DNA of 64,000 nucleotides from NCBI GenBank assembly GCA_965223905.1, contig CBDCXV010000001.1, forward strand, positions 800,001-864,000, in the 5' to 3' direction. Under the pieces are notes generated by a model. It did not search any database. It had not been told where the DNA came from and saw only the letters and a list, made by a program, of their open reading frames with translations. Position numbers and translations under genes: made by a program. This document shows, piece by piece, positions 1 to 10,313 of the stretch (its first letter is position 1; each line of letters opens with the position of its first letter). Origin of the DNA: Candidatus Latescibacterota bacterium (GTDB taxonomy: Bacteria; Latescibacterota; UBA2968; UBA8231).

Positions 1-580
1 GATCGGGGGGGTGATCGGAGAGGGCTTCAACTACTGCAGCGGCGACGGCAACTACTACGCCGGCGACACCCACTGGCATCCCGACGGCAGCTGGGGGCAG
101 CTGTGGGCGACCAAGACCGCCTTCTACCTCGACGAGCTGAGGGCGGACAGCGGCTGTCTTCGGTTGATTCCGGGAAGCCATCGCCCCGACCACTTCGTCC
201 GCAGGGAGGGGATCAACCCGAACGATTCCGAGGAGTTGTTCGGAGTCCCGGGGAGCGAGTTCCCCGGCAACGTCGCCATCGAAACCGATCCGGGAGACGT
301 GGTCATCTTCAACCACGACCTCTACCACGCCTCCTTCGGCGGCGGCGGCCGCAGGCGCATGTTCACCATGAACTGCACCCGCCACGCCCGTACCCCCGAA
401 GAGCACGACCTCGCCCGCAAGTACCTCTCCATCCACTCCCCGGGGAGGAACAAGGTCGACACCGGCGCCGGCATGTTCTATCCCACCATGGTCGACACCG
501 CCGGCGAAAGCCGCATGGTCCATCTGTGTCAGGCGGCGCAAATCCACGACGAGCTGTTCCCGGAGTTCGCGCGCGGGTAG
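1..580 (+). CDS. Phytanoyl-CoA dioxygenase (PhyH) family Fe(II)/2OG dioxygenase, probably 5'-truncated by the window edge
   Basis: WHPD (HxD) motif, SGCLRLIPGSH and GDVVIFNHDLYHAS distal His; frame is open to the window start. Confidence 0.85.
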   Translation, partial: IGGVIGEGFNYCSGDGNYYAGDTHWHPDGSWGQLWATKTAFYLDELRADSGCLRLIPGSHRPDHFVRREGINPNDSEELFGVPGSEFPGNVAIETDPGDVVIFNHDLYHASFGGGGRRRMFTMNCTRHARTPEEHDLARKYLSIHSPGRNKVDTGAGMFYPTMVDTAGESRMVHLCQAAQIHDELFPEFARG

Positions 581-607
581 GGTCCCGGCGCAAATATGTC
601 GCCATAA

Positions 608-705
608 GACGCCGATCCATCCCCGGCTCCCGGCGTTGTTTTCACTCGCCGTACGCTCTCGGTACGACTCGCTCAGGCGCTTTGTCAGCGGGGGGCCTCG
701 GCGTC
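608..705. repeat. REP/MITE-like palindromic intergenic element, copy 1
   Basis: gacgccga (608-615) is the reverse complement of tcggcgtc (698-705); 21-nt core cggtacgactcgctcaggcgc (660-680) recurs exactly at 22627-22647. Confidence 0.6.
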
Positions 706-952
706 AGGTTCGCGGTCGGCCCGTGTCAGGCGGTGGGCACTTACGGGGGCAGGGAGCCGAATCCGGTTCAGAGCCCTGCCTCTCTCCTTCAAATCAAATA
801 GCGGCTTTCGCCAAGGCTCGCGAACCGCAGCTTGGCCGCGCGTCGGCAGCACAGGTTCTAAGGGCAGCCCCCGTGCCGCTCACAGGAATCGGGCAGGGGT
901 CTTTGCGACTGCTCTCCGGCCGGCAGGAGAACGATCCCGCGGGCCGTCAGAC

Positions 953-1918
953 CTACCCGGAGTACGGCGTCAGGTCGAGGCCCGGAAACAGCACCTCGAG
1001 GTTCGCCAGGGTGTCGCCGTCGTAGTACGGGTGGCCCGGAGGCGGCCATCCGAACAAGGTGCGCACCCGCGGTGTGGTGCTTTCCCAGAACGGCTTGATG
1101 TGCTCCCGCTCGGGACCGGTCCAGGGGTTGGCGAGCTTCGTCCAGCGGCTGGTGTCGGCGCGGCACATCGACAGGGTCCAGAAGGCGCGCTGCTTGCGCC
1201 GGTTCCGGAAGGGGACGGCGGCGTGCACGAGATAGGACGAGACGAACAGCGCCGACCCGGCATTGGCGGTGGTCGGCACCGGCGCGGCGAACTCCGGCAC
1301 CTTGCGAATGTCCTCTACGCTGCCGGAGGTGAGGTTGCCCTCCGCAGCCAGTCCCGGGAACAGCTCGACCACCTGATGGTGGGATCCGGGGATCACGTGC
1401 ATCGGCGCGCCGTCCTCCTCGATGTCGTGGAGGTAGACGCCGCAGTTGACGTAGTCGAAGGCGCCGACGCCGCGGCTCGGGGGCAGGAAGCAGTTGGTGT
1501 AGTGATCGATGTGGTATCCCTGCCAGGGGTGCTCGGGGTGGCGCTCGTCGGTGGGGCCGGAGCGCAGGAACAGGTGGGCGTTGCAGTAGCTGGCTTCCGC
1601 TCCCAGGCACTGCTCGAAGACATCGAGGTACTCGTCGTTCTCGATCAGCCTGTCGAGCGCATCTGCCCCGGTCGGGAACTGGGCGCGCCCGTGCTCGGTG
1701 TTGCCGTAATGGGGCACGGCGACGGTCGGGACCGGCTCGACCGAGTCGGCCTTCCCCCCGGAGTCGAGAGCGGCGAGGTGGTCGTCGAAGCTCTTGCCGT
1801 AGAAAATCTTCTCCATCTCGTCGAGAGCGGCCCCGACCTCGGCGGAGGAGAAAAGGCCGGGAACCAGGATGTAGCCGTCGCGCCGGAAGTCGGCGAGTTG
1901 GCTTGCGGTCAGTGGCAT
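953..1918 (-). CDS. PhyH family dioxygenase
   Basis: MPLTASQLADFRRDGY start with GGAGA SD; YHID, GAPMHVIPGSH and LVHAA motifs. Confidence 0.88.
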   Translation of the reverse strand: MPLTASQLADFRRDGYILVPGLFSSAEVGAALDEMEKIFYGKSFDDHLAALDSGGKADSVEPVPTVAVPHYGNTEHGRAQFPTGADALDRLIENDEYLDVFEQCLGAEASYCNAHLFLRSGPTDERHPEHPWQGYHIDHYTNCFLPPSRGVGAFDYVNCGVYLHDIEEDGAPMHVIPGSHHQVVELFPGLAAEGNLTSGSVEDIRKVPEFAAPVPTTANAGSALFVSSYLVHAAVPFRNRRKQRAFWTLSMCRADTSRWTKLANPWTGPEREHIKPFWESTTPRVRTLFGWPPPGHPYYDGDTLANLEVLFPGLDLTPYSG

Positions 1919-2027
1919 GGGGGTTTCTCCCTGGGGAATCCGCGGTAGGGCGGGCGCCCGCGGCAGGACTCGAGTGCTTTCGCCTCTCTTGGGAAACGGC
2001 GGCAAGGTACGGGACCTCGGCAGGACA

Positions 2028-3378
2028 TCAACGCCGGCGCGGCGATGGCCCCCCGCCCCGGTGCCGTGCCCAAGCGCTGCGGCCGCCGCCACCGGCAGCC
2101 TCGGAAGAGCGGTCCGCATCGAGGGTGAACCGTTCGTCCTGCCGCGGCGCGAGCCCGAAGAAGGCGGCCATGATCGCGCCGCTGGCTAACCGCGCTGCCC
2201 CTGCGAGGCCGAAGGCCGCCCAGTACCCGTGCTCGAGGATCAACATTCCTCCGAAGATGCTGCCGGCGAAGCTGAAGATCTGGAACCCGCAGACGCGGAA
2301 CCCCTGGATGCGGGCCCAGTAGCGGCGCGGCAGAACCCGGGTGGAGAAGTGCTGGTCGGAGGGGTTGTCGATCACCTCCCCGGCGCGCACGAGCAGGAAC
2401 ATCGCCACCGCCACGGGCAGGCTGATGACGGCGCCCATGACGGCGACGGCGCCGCCGCCGACCGTGCGGGCGCAGAGGATCGCCGCGGTCGCTCCCAGCC
2501 GGCGCACCAGCGAGGGTGCTCCGAAGGTTACGGGCAGGCTCACGAGCTGGCTGAGAAAGAAAATCGCCCCGATCGCCGCGGGCCCGACCCGCAGCTCCTC
2601 TTCGAAGAAGACGTTGAAGAACGGGTAGGTCAGCCCCATCGAGAAGCCGCGGCTGGCGCTCAGGGAGGCGATGGCGGTGTAGACGCGCCAGGGCGGGTCG
2701 CCTTCGGCGTCCGGTTCTTCAGGCCGCACTTGAGCGGGAAGCGGGGGAGCGGTCCTTCCCGCGACCGCCAGCAGGGGCAGCGCCGCGGCCAGGGAAAAGA
2801 AAGCCCCGAGCAGCAGCGAGTAGCGGAACGGCTCCGGCATCTCCGTGGAAGAGCCGAGGAACCAGGCCAGGGCCCCGGGCATGATGCCCCCCCGCCATGC
2901 TGAGCATCATGCGGATCACTACCTGCAGGGCCGTCCAGATCACCAGGGCCTCGGCGCGCCGCGAGGGGTGGGCGTTGTCGGAGAGAAAGGGGACGTGGTT
3001 GACCCAGATGCAGGCCGAGCCCAGGCCGCCGACGAAAGAGAAGGCCAGCAGGGCTCCGGGGGCGCCGGCGAAGCAGAGCCCCAGCTGCGAAACGGTCAGC
3101 AGCAGACTCGATCCCACCAGGAACGCCTTGCGGCCGAAGCGGTCGCTCAGCATGCCGGCAGGGAGAGCGAGAAGACCGGTGGCCAGCGGCGCCATGCCGG
3201 CGACCTGGCCGATGAAGTCCTCCTGGTATCCCAGGCGCAGCAGGTAGAGGTTGTAGAGCAGCGAGAACAGCGCCATGCCGGCGTTGATCGAGATGCCGTA
3301 GAGAAAGAACAACCGGACGTTGCGGTTGAACTCGCGCAGGTGGAAACCGCTGAGGGTGGCGGCGATGGACAGGGGCAT
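2028..3378 (-). pseudogene. MFS transporter split by one frameshift (pseudogene or sequencing error)
   Basis: N-half 2719..3378 has MFS motif A (GMLSDRFGRK); C-half is in 2028..2882; removing one G from the G7 run (C7 at 2887-2893) joins them as MAGGIMPG. Confidence 0.8.
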
Positions 3379-3754
3379 CGGTTACCGGAGGCAGAGCGCC
3401 GTGGTCATGGCTTTCCACGCTGCGCCGGCAGTGGACGGCCCCGGGGCGCAAGGGAGCAGGGCAGGCCGCGAAGTACCCGGTGCCTGAGGCTCTCTCCGGC
3501 GGCGGCAGGGCCGCGCACCCGGTAACGGTCCGGGTCGAGACGGACGCTCTCGCCGGCGCACCATACCGCAACATCCTCGCCGGTATTGCGGAGTGCGCCG
3601 CCATTCCCGGTGAAAAGGGAGGCGACGCCAACGGCGAACCAGGTGGACCGGCCGCCTCCTAAGGCTGCCGGAACTCCGCGGGAAATCGTCGGGGATGGGA
3701 CAGGCGGGCGGCAGGATGGCCGCCCCGGCTTTCTTCACGGGTCCGAGCCTGCCC

Positions 3755-4717
3755 TCACCCTGTCAGGATCTGGGAGAGCAGGCCCGGCTCGACGTTGCCG
3801 CCGCTGACGACGGCCACCGCGGTTTCGCCGGCGGGCAAGCGGTCGCGGCGGAACATCCACGCCGCCGCGGCGACGGCGCCGCTCGGCTCGGCCACCAGGC
3901 GGGCGTCGAGAACGATGCGCCGCATCGCTTCGGCGATCTCCTCCTCGCTGACGGTGACGACGTCGTCGACGAACGCCGTCATGTGCTCGAAGGGGATGGC
4001 GCCGACGCGGGTGGCGCGCAGGCCGTCGGCCATGGTCCGGCGCGTCTGGGCGAGCTCGAAATGGACGATCTCGCCGCGCTCGAAGCTCGCCCTCGCGTCT
4101 CCTGCCAGCTCCGGCTCGACGCCTACGACCCTGGCGCCCGAGCCGCTGAGCCCGATCGCCGCGGCCACGCCGCTCAGCAGGCCGCCGCCGCCGATGGGGG
4201 CGAGAACGAGATCCGCCTGCGGGAGATCCTCGCAGATCTCGAGGCCCGTTGTGCCCGCCCCGGCGATGATGGTCTCGTCGTCGAAGGGAGGAACCATCGC
4301 GTATCCGTGTTCCGCGGCCATTACCTCGGCCGCCATGCGCCAGTCCTCCTCCGACCCCTCGGCCAGCTCGACGATTTCGGCGCCGAGCCGCCGCGTCTTC
4401 CGCTTCTTGACCTCCGGGGCGATCGCCGGCATGGCGATCGTCGCCTTCACCCCGAGCGCCTGCGCCGCGTAGGCGACCCCCTGGGCGTGATTGCCGCTGG
4501 AGAAGGCGATCACCCCGCGCTTTTTCTCTTCCGCGGTCAGCGAGGCGATCTTGTTGTACGCCCCGCGCAGCTTGAAGGCCCCTACGGGCTGCAGGTTCTC
4601 CGCCTTCAGGTACAGAGGCTCCGACGTCGAGCCGTCATGGAGGGGGACAAGCGGGGTGCGCAGCACCACGCCTTCGATGCGGTTCCTGGCTTCCTGGAGA
4701 TCGGCGAGGGTGATCAT
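3755..4717 (-). CDS. PLP-dependent threonine/serine dehydratase family protein
   Basis: KAENLQPVGAFKLRGA (PLP Lys), SSGNHAQG, PIGGGGL, EPSGA and SGGN motifs. Confidence 0.92.
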   Translation of the reverse strand: MITLADLQEARNRIEGVVLRTPLVPLHDGSTSEPLYLKAENLQPVGAFKLRGAYNKIASLTAEEKKRGVIAFSSGNHAQGVAYAAQALGVKATIAMPAIAPEVKKRKTRRLGAEIVELAEGSEEDWRMAAEVMAAEHGYAMVPPFDDETIIAGAGTTGLEICEDLPQADLVLAPIGGGGLLSGVAAAIGLSGSGARVVGVEPELAGDARASFERGEIVHFELAQTRRTMADGLRATRVGAIPFEHMTAFVDDVVTVSEEEIAEAMRRIVLDARLVAEPSGAVAAAAWMFRRDRLPAGETAVAVVSGGNVEPGLLSQILTG

Positions 4718-4786
4718 CGTTCGGGTGACAGGAGGTTTGTCGCGGCTGCCGAATATCGTAGCATTGGACGCCAAAGGAGAAGGAGA

Positions 4787-5905
4787 ATGCCAGTGACCGC
4801 AATGTCGAAAACATTCAGGATCGCAATCGTCGGCCACACCGGCCGCGGCAACTACGGGCACGGTCTCGACATGGGGTTCGTCGGCGTCGAAGGAGCGCAT
4901 ATAGCAGCTCTCGCCGACCCGGACGAGGAGGGGCGGGCCGCGGCGCTCGCGAAGACCGGCGCCGAAGCGGGCTACCCCGAGTACCGCGAGATGCTCGCCA
5001 GGGAAATGCCCGACATAGCGGTTATCGCCTCGCGCGAGATCGGCGACCATTGCCAGCTCGTGCTCGACGCCGCCGAAGCCGGCTGCAACATCTACCTCGA
5101 AAAGCCGGTGGCCGCCTCTCCCGCCGAGGTCGACCGGATGATGGCCGCCTGCGAAAAGGCGGGGGTGCTCTGCGTCGTCGCCCATCCCTGGCGGGGCCAC
5201 CCGCCGATGCAACGGGTCGCCATTCCGATGATCCGGGCGGGCGACAGGATCGGGGAGCCGCGGCTGTGCCGCGTCTACGGCATGAACGGCAGCCACGGCG
5301 GCGACCAGCTCTTCCTCGACCTATACCCCCACTTCTTCGATTTCCTCTGGCAGCTGTTCGGGGAGCCGCTGTGGTGCCACGCCCATCTGACGGAAGGCGG
5401 GCGGGACGCGGTGCCCGCGGATCTCATGCCGGGCGCCGAGGGCATGGGCCTGGTCGCCGGCGACGGCATCAGGGCCTACTACCAGTTCCCGTCGGGGGTG
5501 GCCGCGGACTTCGAGTCGTACCGCGGCGACTCGGGCGAGATGCCCTACCGCGTCGACGTCCACGGCACCACCGGCACCCTGTCGATCCCGGGGCCGATGT
5601 CGAACCAGCCCGACATCTACTACCACCCGCAGGTCAGCCCGAAGCTGTTCGGCGACGACCGCTGGGAGGTGGTGCCCTCCGAGCCGCCGCCGGACGCGGA
5701 GAAATGGGTGAAGGCCCACCATCGCATGGCGCGCTCGATGATGGACATGCTGGAGGGGAAGGAACCGGAGTGGGAGCTGGTGCAGCTGGGGAATGCGCGC
5801 CTCTATCTCGAGATGGCGATGATGGCCCACGCCTCGCACATGGCGGGGGCGCGGGTGACGCTGCCCCTGGCGACCGCGGACAACCCGTTCGACGACTGGG
5901 AGTGA
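4787..5905 (+). CDS. Gfo/Idh/MocA family oxidoreductase
   Basis: N-terminal Rossmann IAIVGHTGRGNYGH and YLEKP motif; AGGAGA SD; alternative start at 4802. Confidence 0.88.
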   Translation: MPVTAMSKTFRIAIVGHTGRGNYGHGLDMGFVGVEGAHIAALADPDEEGRAAALAKTGAEAGYPEYREMLAREMPDIAVIASREIGDHCQLVLDAAEAGCNIYLEKPVAASPAEVDRMMAACEKAGVLCVVAHPWRGHPPMQRVAIPMIRAGDRIGEPRLCRVYGMNGSHGGDQLFLDLYPHFFDFLWQLFGEPLWCHAHLTEGGRDAVPADLMPGAEGMGLVAGDGIRAYYQFPSGVAADFESYRGDSGEMPYRVDVHGTTGTLSIPGPMSNQPDIYYHPQVSPKLFGDDRWEVVPSEPPPDAEKWVKAHHRMARSMMDMLEGKEPEWELVQLGNARLYLEMAMMAHASHMAGARVTLPLATADNPFDDWE

Positions 5906-6119
5906 CTTGGGAAGCGGGGCGAGGAGTTGACCGGGCCGGAGCCGCTCCTTCAGACCTGGGCAATGTCCGGGTGGCGCGGCAGGTGCGACAGCGGCGCGGG
6001 AAACCCGGCGGGACCGGCCGTCTCCCCGAAATTCCCGGGGCGCGGCCCAAGACGAGCCCAGCCCAGGAGGCGGCAGGGACGGCCGTAGCCGCTTCCCTAT
6101 CCGCTCCGGGAAACCTCAG

Positions 6120-6611
6120 CTACTCGACCTGGGCTCCGTCCTCGACCCAGGCTTCGACCCGGGCGATCTGCTCCGCCTCGAGGGCCCCCGCCGGGGGCAT
6201 ACGGTCGCCGGCGATCCCCTCGTCTCCCCGTATCTTCATCAACAGGTACGAGTTCACCGGGTCGCCCGGTTCGATGAGCCTGAAGTCCGGCTTGCCGGTG
6301 CTGGAGGGGCCGACGATCTGCGCGATATCCTCGGCCTGAAGGGACAGGCCGCCGGCGCGTGTGGTCCCCGAATGGCAGCCGGAGGTGGCGCATCGAGGGG
6401 TGAAGATCTCCTCGCTCAGGCGGGCCAGGGTCACGGCCTGCCCGCGGTCGCCGTCGGGCGACCCACCGCCGGTGGGGCCGTCGGGCGTCTCCCCGCCGGT
6501 GGGGCCGCTCGGACCTACGGAGGAGTCCTCCCCCGAGCATCCCCAGGCCAGCAGTGCGGCGGCGAGTCCGAGGTGCAGGAGAGAAGCTGCGCGCTTTGTT
6601 CCGGATTTCAT
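6120..6611 (-). CDS. Lipoprotein with a planctomycete-type cytochrome c domain
   Basis: Lipobox LAWGC; CATSGCH heme motif; PGDPVNSYLL...RMPP...AWVEDGA signature. Confidence 0.72.
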   Translation of the reverse strand: MKSGTKRAASLLHLGLAAALLAWGCSGEDSSVGPSGPTGGETPDGPTGGGSPDGDRGQAVTLARLSEEIFTPRCATSGCHSGTTRAGGLSLQAEDIAQIVGPSSTGKPDFRLIEPGDPVNSYLLMKIRGDEGIAGDRMPPAGALEAEQIARVEAWVEDGAQVE

Positions 6612-6778
6612 CTGGTACCCCCTTCTGGTGTGGCAGGTCCGTGTCGTCATGGCACCCCCTGGCTGCGAATCAGGGTGGCGGCAGCCGGATAAACGCGGCG
6701 GAAGGCCTCGCCGGCATTCACCGGCGCAGCTTCAGGGAGCAGACGCGAAATCATATCCTGCTTCCATCTTCCGCGGCC

Positions 6779-7735
6779 CTACTTCGGGTTCGCCGACTTC
6801 CACCCCCGCTTGGGACCGCGGGGCCTGTGGGTTTCGTAGCGCTGCCGGATCTCGGTGAACTCCTGCCACTCGCTCACCACCGACTCAGGGTGGGCCTGGC
6901 TCTGGAGAACGAAGTCGGCCTCGGGCGGATAGCAGGCGATCTGCTCGTTCGGCCTGCCGGGATCGAAATCCTCGGGAAGCTCGCCGACGTTGTTGGGCAC
7001 CCTGGCCGACTGGTAGCGGACGTCGATGGCCCAGCGCACGATGTCGACGCTGTGCTGCGTCGAGGAGTGTGGGGTCAGGTTGGTGAGAAACAGGACGCCC
7101 CCAACCGGCACAGGCACGGTCACCGGTTGCGCTGGCGGCAGGTCGGGATGGGTGATGACGAGGTAGCCTCCCGGACCGTTGGTGTGGTGGCGGGACACGC
7201 CGCGGCGGTGGCAGCGCGGCAGCACGCGCAGGCAGCCGTTCTCGGGGGTCGCGTCGACCAGCGGAATCCAGCAGGTGACGATCAGCTCGCCGTCGCAGTG
7301 GGGGCTGAAGTATCCCGAGTCCTGGTGCCAGGGGACGGCCCCCCGGTTCCATTCCGGTATCTTGGGGCGGATCCGGTAGACGGAGGAACCGACGATCTCC
7401 TCTCCGACCAGTGATTCGATCTTCGCCAGGATTTTCGGATTGCGCACGAAATCGAAGAACGCCGGACCGCTGTGGCCGCCGCCCCCCTTGCCCATGATCG
7501 CGCCGATGATTTCCGGCGCCTCCCGGAACACCCGGGTGAGGCGGCGCTCGAACGGCGCTTCCTCGTACAGCCGGCTCAGCTTTCCCTCGCCCTGCAGCTC
7601 CAGCGCCTTGTTGTGGATGACCTCGGTGAGCTCGTCGCGGAGGGGCTGGATGTCCTCCGGGGCGAACACGTCGGGAACCATGACGTACCCTTCGTCGAGG
7701 TACTGCTCGACCTGTATTTTGGTGAGACCTTGCAT
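6779..7735 (-). CDS. PhyH family dioxygenase
   Basis: VPWHQDSGY, TCWIPLVDATPENGCL and TPHSS motifs. Confidence 0.9.
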   Translation of the reverse strand: MQGLTKIQVEQYLDEGYVMVPDVFAPEDIQPLRDELTEVIHNKALELQGEGKLSRLYEEAPFERRLTRVFREAPEIIGAIMGKGGGGHSGPAFFDFVRNPKILAKIESLVGEEIVGSSVYRIRPKIPEWNRGAVPWHQDSGYFSPHCDGELIVTCWIPLVDATPENGCLRVLPRCHRRGVSRHHTNGPGGYLVITHPDLPPAQPVTVPVPVGGVLFLTNLTPHSSTQHSVDIVRWAIDVRYQSARVPNNVGELPEDFDPGRPNEQIACYPPEADFVLQSQAHPESVVSEWQEFTEIRQRYETHRPRGPKRGWKSANPK

Positions 7736-7906
7736 CGGTTTCTCTTTCCGACGGAATGAAAGGTGACTCAAGATAACCGGGGCCGAGAGGTGCCGGCAAC
7801 CGGGAAAACCGCTTGCCCGGGTATCGTATGGAGTTCTCTTTTTAGTCGTCCGGTTCGGCGCGGTGGACCGGCCTGGAGATCAGCAACCCGTACCTCGGCG
7901 AACGAA

Positions 7907-8284
7907 ATGGCGATGAACAGCAGGCAGGCGGCACTGACCGAGACTCTCGTGGACGACCTGAAGAACGGCGCCTTGACCGAAGAGGGTCTGCGCGCCGGAA
8001 TCGCCGCGGCCGCCGCGGCCAACGGAACCCGCCAGGATCTCCTCTACCTGCACTGTCGCTCGACTTCCCCCGGTTCCCCGGTGCAGGGAATGTCCCTTTT
8101 CGAAGGGGGGCGGGAGCAGGAGTTGAGCTCCGACCCGGAGGAGTGGCCGTACGAGTCGGTGCTCGACGCCATCGGCAAAGGCTGGCGGGTGATCTCCTTC
8201 CCCGACATGTCCCTGCTCACCCTGAGCGCCGATGAGCTCCACGGCCTCGGGTTCCTCTTCGTCCTCGAACGGTGGAGTCAGTGA
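7907..8284 (+). CDS. Hypothetical protein coupled to the downstream PhyH gene
   Basis: Coding-like GC3 bias; stop overlaps the next start (TGATG, 8282-8286); C-terminal PYESVLDAIGKGWRVISFP. Confidence 0.65.
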   Translation: MAMNSRQAALTETLVDDLKNGALTEEGLRAGIAAAAAANGTRQDLLYLHCRSTSPGSPVQGMSLFEGGREQELSSDPEEWPYESVLDAIGKGWRVISFPDMSLLTLSADELHGLGFLFVLERWSQ

Positions 8285-9132
8285 TGGCGGCAACCGGCGG
8301 AAAGACCCACGACTGCGAGCCGACCCTGACCGACTCGCAGGTCCTCGAGTTCTGCAAGAACGGGTACCTGCTCCTCGAAGGGGTGGTGCCCGGGGAAGTG
8401 AACCGGATGGTGAGGGAGTACCTCGAAGCCGATACCTACTACGAGCCGACGGGCATTCTCGGCGAGGACTGGTTCCACGAGGGGGTGATCTGCAACCGGG
8501 AGGCGGCCGGTGCGGTGCGTTCCCTGCTCGGCGCCGGCTTCCACGTCCCGGTGCTGATGAGCAACCACAGGGTGACCGGGCCGTATCCGGCAACCAGCGG
8601 CTGGCACGTCGACGGCAACTCCTTCTGGGGCCCGGAGCTCAATTACCTCCAGGTCTTCTACTACCCGCAGGACACCCCGGTCGAGGCGGGGCCGACCGAG
8701 GTGCTGCCCGGCTCCCACCTCATCCACAACAAGGCCCGCTTCATGGGCCACCTGAACGCCATCCGCGGCGCCGTGTCCACCGCGGCCCCGGAGGGCTCGA
8801 TCTTTCTTACCGCGTACCAGATCTGGCACCGCCGCGGCGGCTCGACGACGGAGAGGCTGCGCAACATGCTGAAGTACTTCTACTGGCGCACCGCGTCTCC
8901 GGCGCGAGACTGGATCCAGGAGCCCGGCTTTGACTATTCCAGGGCCGGGTACGGCGGCCCGTCAGGCGAGTTCGTCGAGCAGTTCCGCGGCGACTGCAAG
9001 ACCGCGGAGATGTTTCTGTGGCTGTGCGGCCGCCACGAGTCCTACCGCAACCTCGGCGGCCAGAGCTGGCCGCTGCCGGGAAACCGCAACGAACTGCCGT
9101 ACGGATTTCCGGAAGAGCTGGCGGCGCGCTGA
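8284..9132 (+). CDS. PhyH family dioxygenase
   Basis: LTDSQVLEFCKNGY, WHVDG, GPTEVLPGSH and IWHRR motifs. Confidence 0.88.
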   Translation: MAATGGKTHDCEPTLTDSQVLEFCKNGYLLLEGVVPGEVNRMVREYLEADTYYEPTGILGEDWFHEGVICNREAAGAVRSLLGAGFHVPVLMSNHRVTGPYPATSGWHVDGNSFWGPELNYLQVFYYPQDTPVEAGPTEVLPGSHLIHNKARFMGHLNAIRGAVSTAAPEGSIFLTAYQIWHRRGGSTTERLRNMLKYFYWRTASPARDWIQEPGFDYSRAGYGGPSGEFVEQFRGDCKTAEMFLWLCGRHESYRNLGGQSWPLPGNRNELPYGFPEELAAR

Positions 9133-9150
9133 CGCCGGGGAGACTTCCCG

Positions 9151-10251
9151 ATGAGCGACGTCGCCGGCCACGACCTGCCCTTCGACAGCCGCGGCGCCCC
9201 GGCCCACCGCGGCCGCGCCACAGTCCTCAACACCGCCAACCGCTTCGAGCCGCTGCATGTCGAGCTCGACCCGGTCGAGCCGGACAGCGAGGAGGCCGAA
9301 CGGCCCGCGGCGCGCACCCGGTTCTTCGTCGACAGCAGCCGCTCCGCCCTTTCGGCCAACGACAGTCCCGACCTCGGCTTCCGCTTCAGCATCAACCCCT
9401 ACCGCGGCTGCGAGCACGGCTGCATCTACTGCTACGCCCGCCCGAGCCACGAGTACCTCGGTTTTTCCGCCGGCCTCGACTTCGAGACGAAGATCCTGGT
9501 CAAGCAGAACCTGCCCGAGCTGCTGGCCGCGGAGTTCCGCCGCAAGTCCTGGCAACCCCAGACCGTGGCCCTGTCGGGCAACACCGACTGCTACCAGCCG
9601 GTCGAGCGCAAGCTCGGGATCACGCGCCGCTGCCTGCAGACCTTCCTCGAGTTTCGCAACCCGGTCACCATCATCACCAAGAACCACTTCGTCACCCGCG
9701 ACCTCGACCTCCTCGTCGAGCTGGCGGCCCTCGACCTCGTCCGCGTCACCCTGTCGATAACCAGCCTGCGGCCGGAGCTAACCAACATCATGGAGCCGCG
9801 CACCTCGCGGCCGCAGCGGCGCCTGCGGGCCATCGAGGAACTCGCCTCCGCCGGAGTGCCGGTCGGGGTCAACGTCGCCCCGCTGATACCGGGGCTCACC
9901 GACCACGAGGCGCCGGAAATCCTGAAGGAGGTCGCTGCCTGCGGCGGCCGCTGGGCGGGCTTTCAGATCGTCCGCCTGCCGGGTGCGGTCGCCCCCCTGT
10001 TTCTCGACTGGCTGCAGCGGAACCTTCCCGGGCAGGCGGAAAAGGTGGCCGGCCGGATCGAGAAGATCCGCGGCGGCCGCATCAGCGACTCCCGCTTCGG
10101 CAGCCGCTTCACCGGGGAGGGAGAGCTCGCCGACCTGACCAGGAGCCTGTTCGAGATGGCCCGGCGCAAGCACGGTCTCGACGGCAACGACCACCGGCTG
10201 ACCACCGGCCACTTCCGCCGCGGCGGCGGCGACCAGTTGGAGTTGTTCTGA
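9151..10251 (+). CDS. PA0069/Rv2578c family radical SAM protein (SPL-like)
   Basis: SINPYRGCEHGCIYCYARP (CxxxCxxC), SGNTDCYQP, C-terminal QLELF. Confidence 0.92.
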   Translation: MSDVAGHDLPFDSRGAPAHRGRATVLNTANRFEPLHVELDPVEPDSEEAERPAARTRFFVDSSRSALSANDSPDLGFRFSINPYRGCEHGCIYCYARPSHEYLGFSAGLDFETKILVKQNLPELLAAEFRRKSWQPQTVALSGNTDCYQPVERKLGITRRCLQTFLEFRNPVTIITKNHFVTRDLDLLVELAALDLVRVTLSITSLRPELTNIMEPRTSRPQRRLRAIEELASAGVPVGVNVAPLIPGLTDHEAPEILKEVAACGGRWAGFQIVRLPGAVAPLFLDWLQRNLPGQAEKVAGRIEKIRGGRISDSRFGSRFTGEGELADLTRSLFEMARRKHGLDGNDHRLTTGHFRRGGGDQLELF

Positions 10252-10313
10252 AAGCGGATTTGTTCCGGCGCCATGGGGTGCCGGACAGGGATTTTTCAAG
10301 GGAAGGCACCGAA

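Noticed and set aside
2887-2893. G7 tract frameshift in the MFS gene as phase variation or programmed frameshifting
   Set aside because: The tract is short and similar single-base indels occur elsewhere in the window; error or simple mutation is more likely
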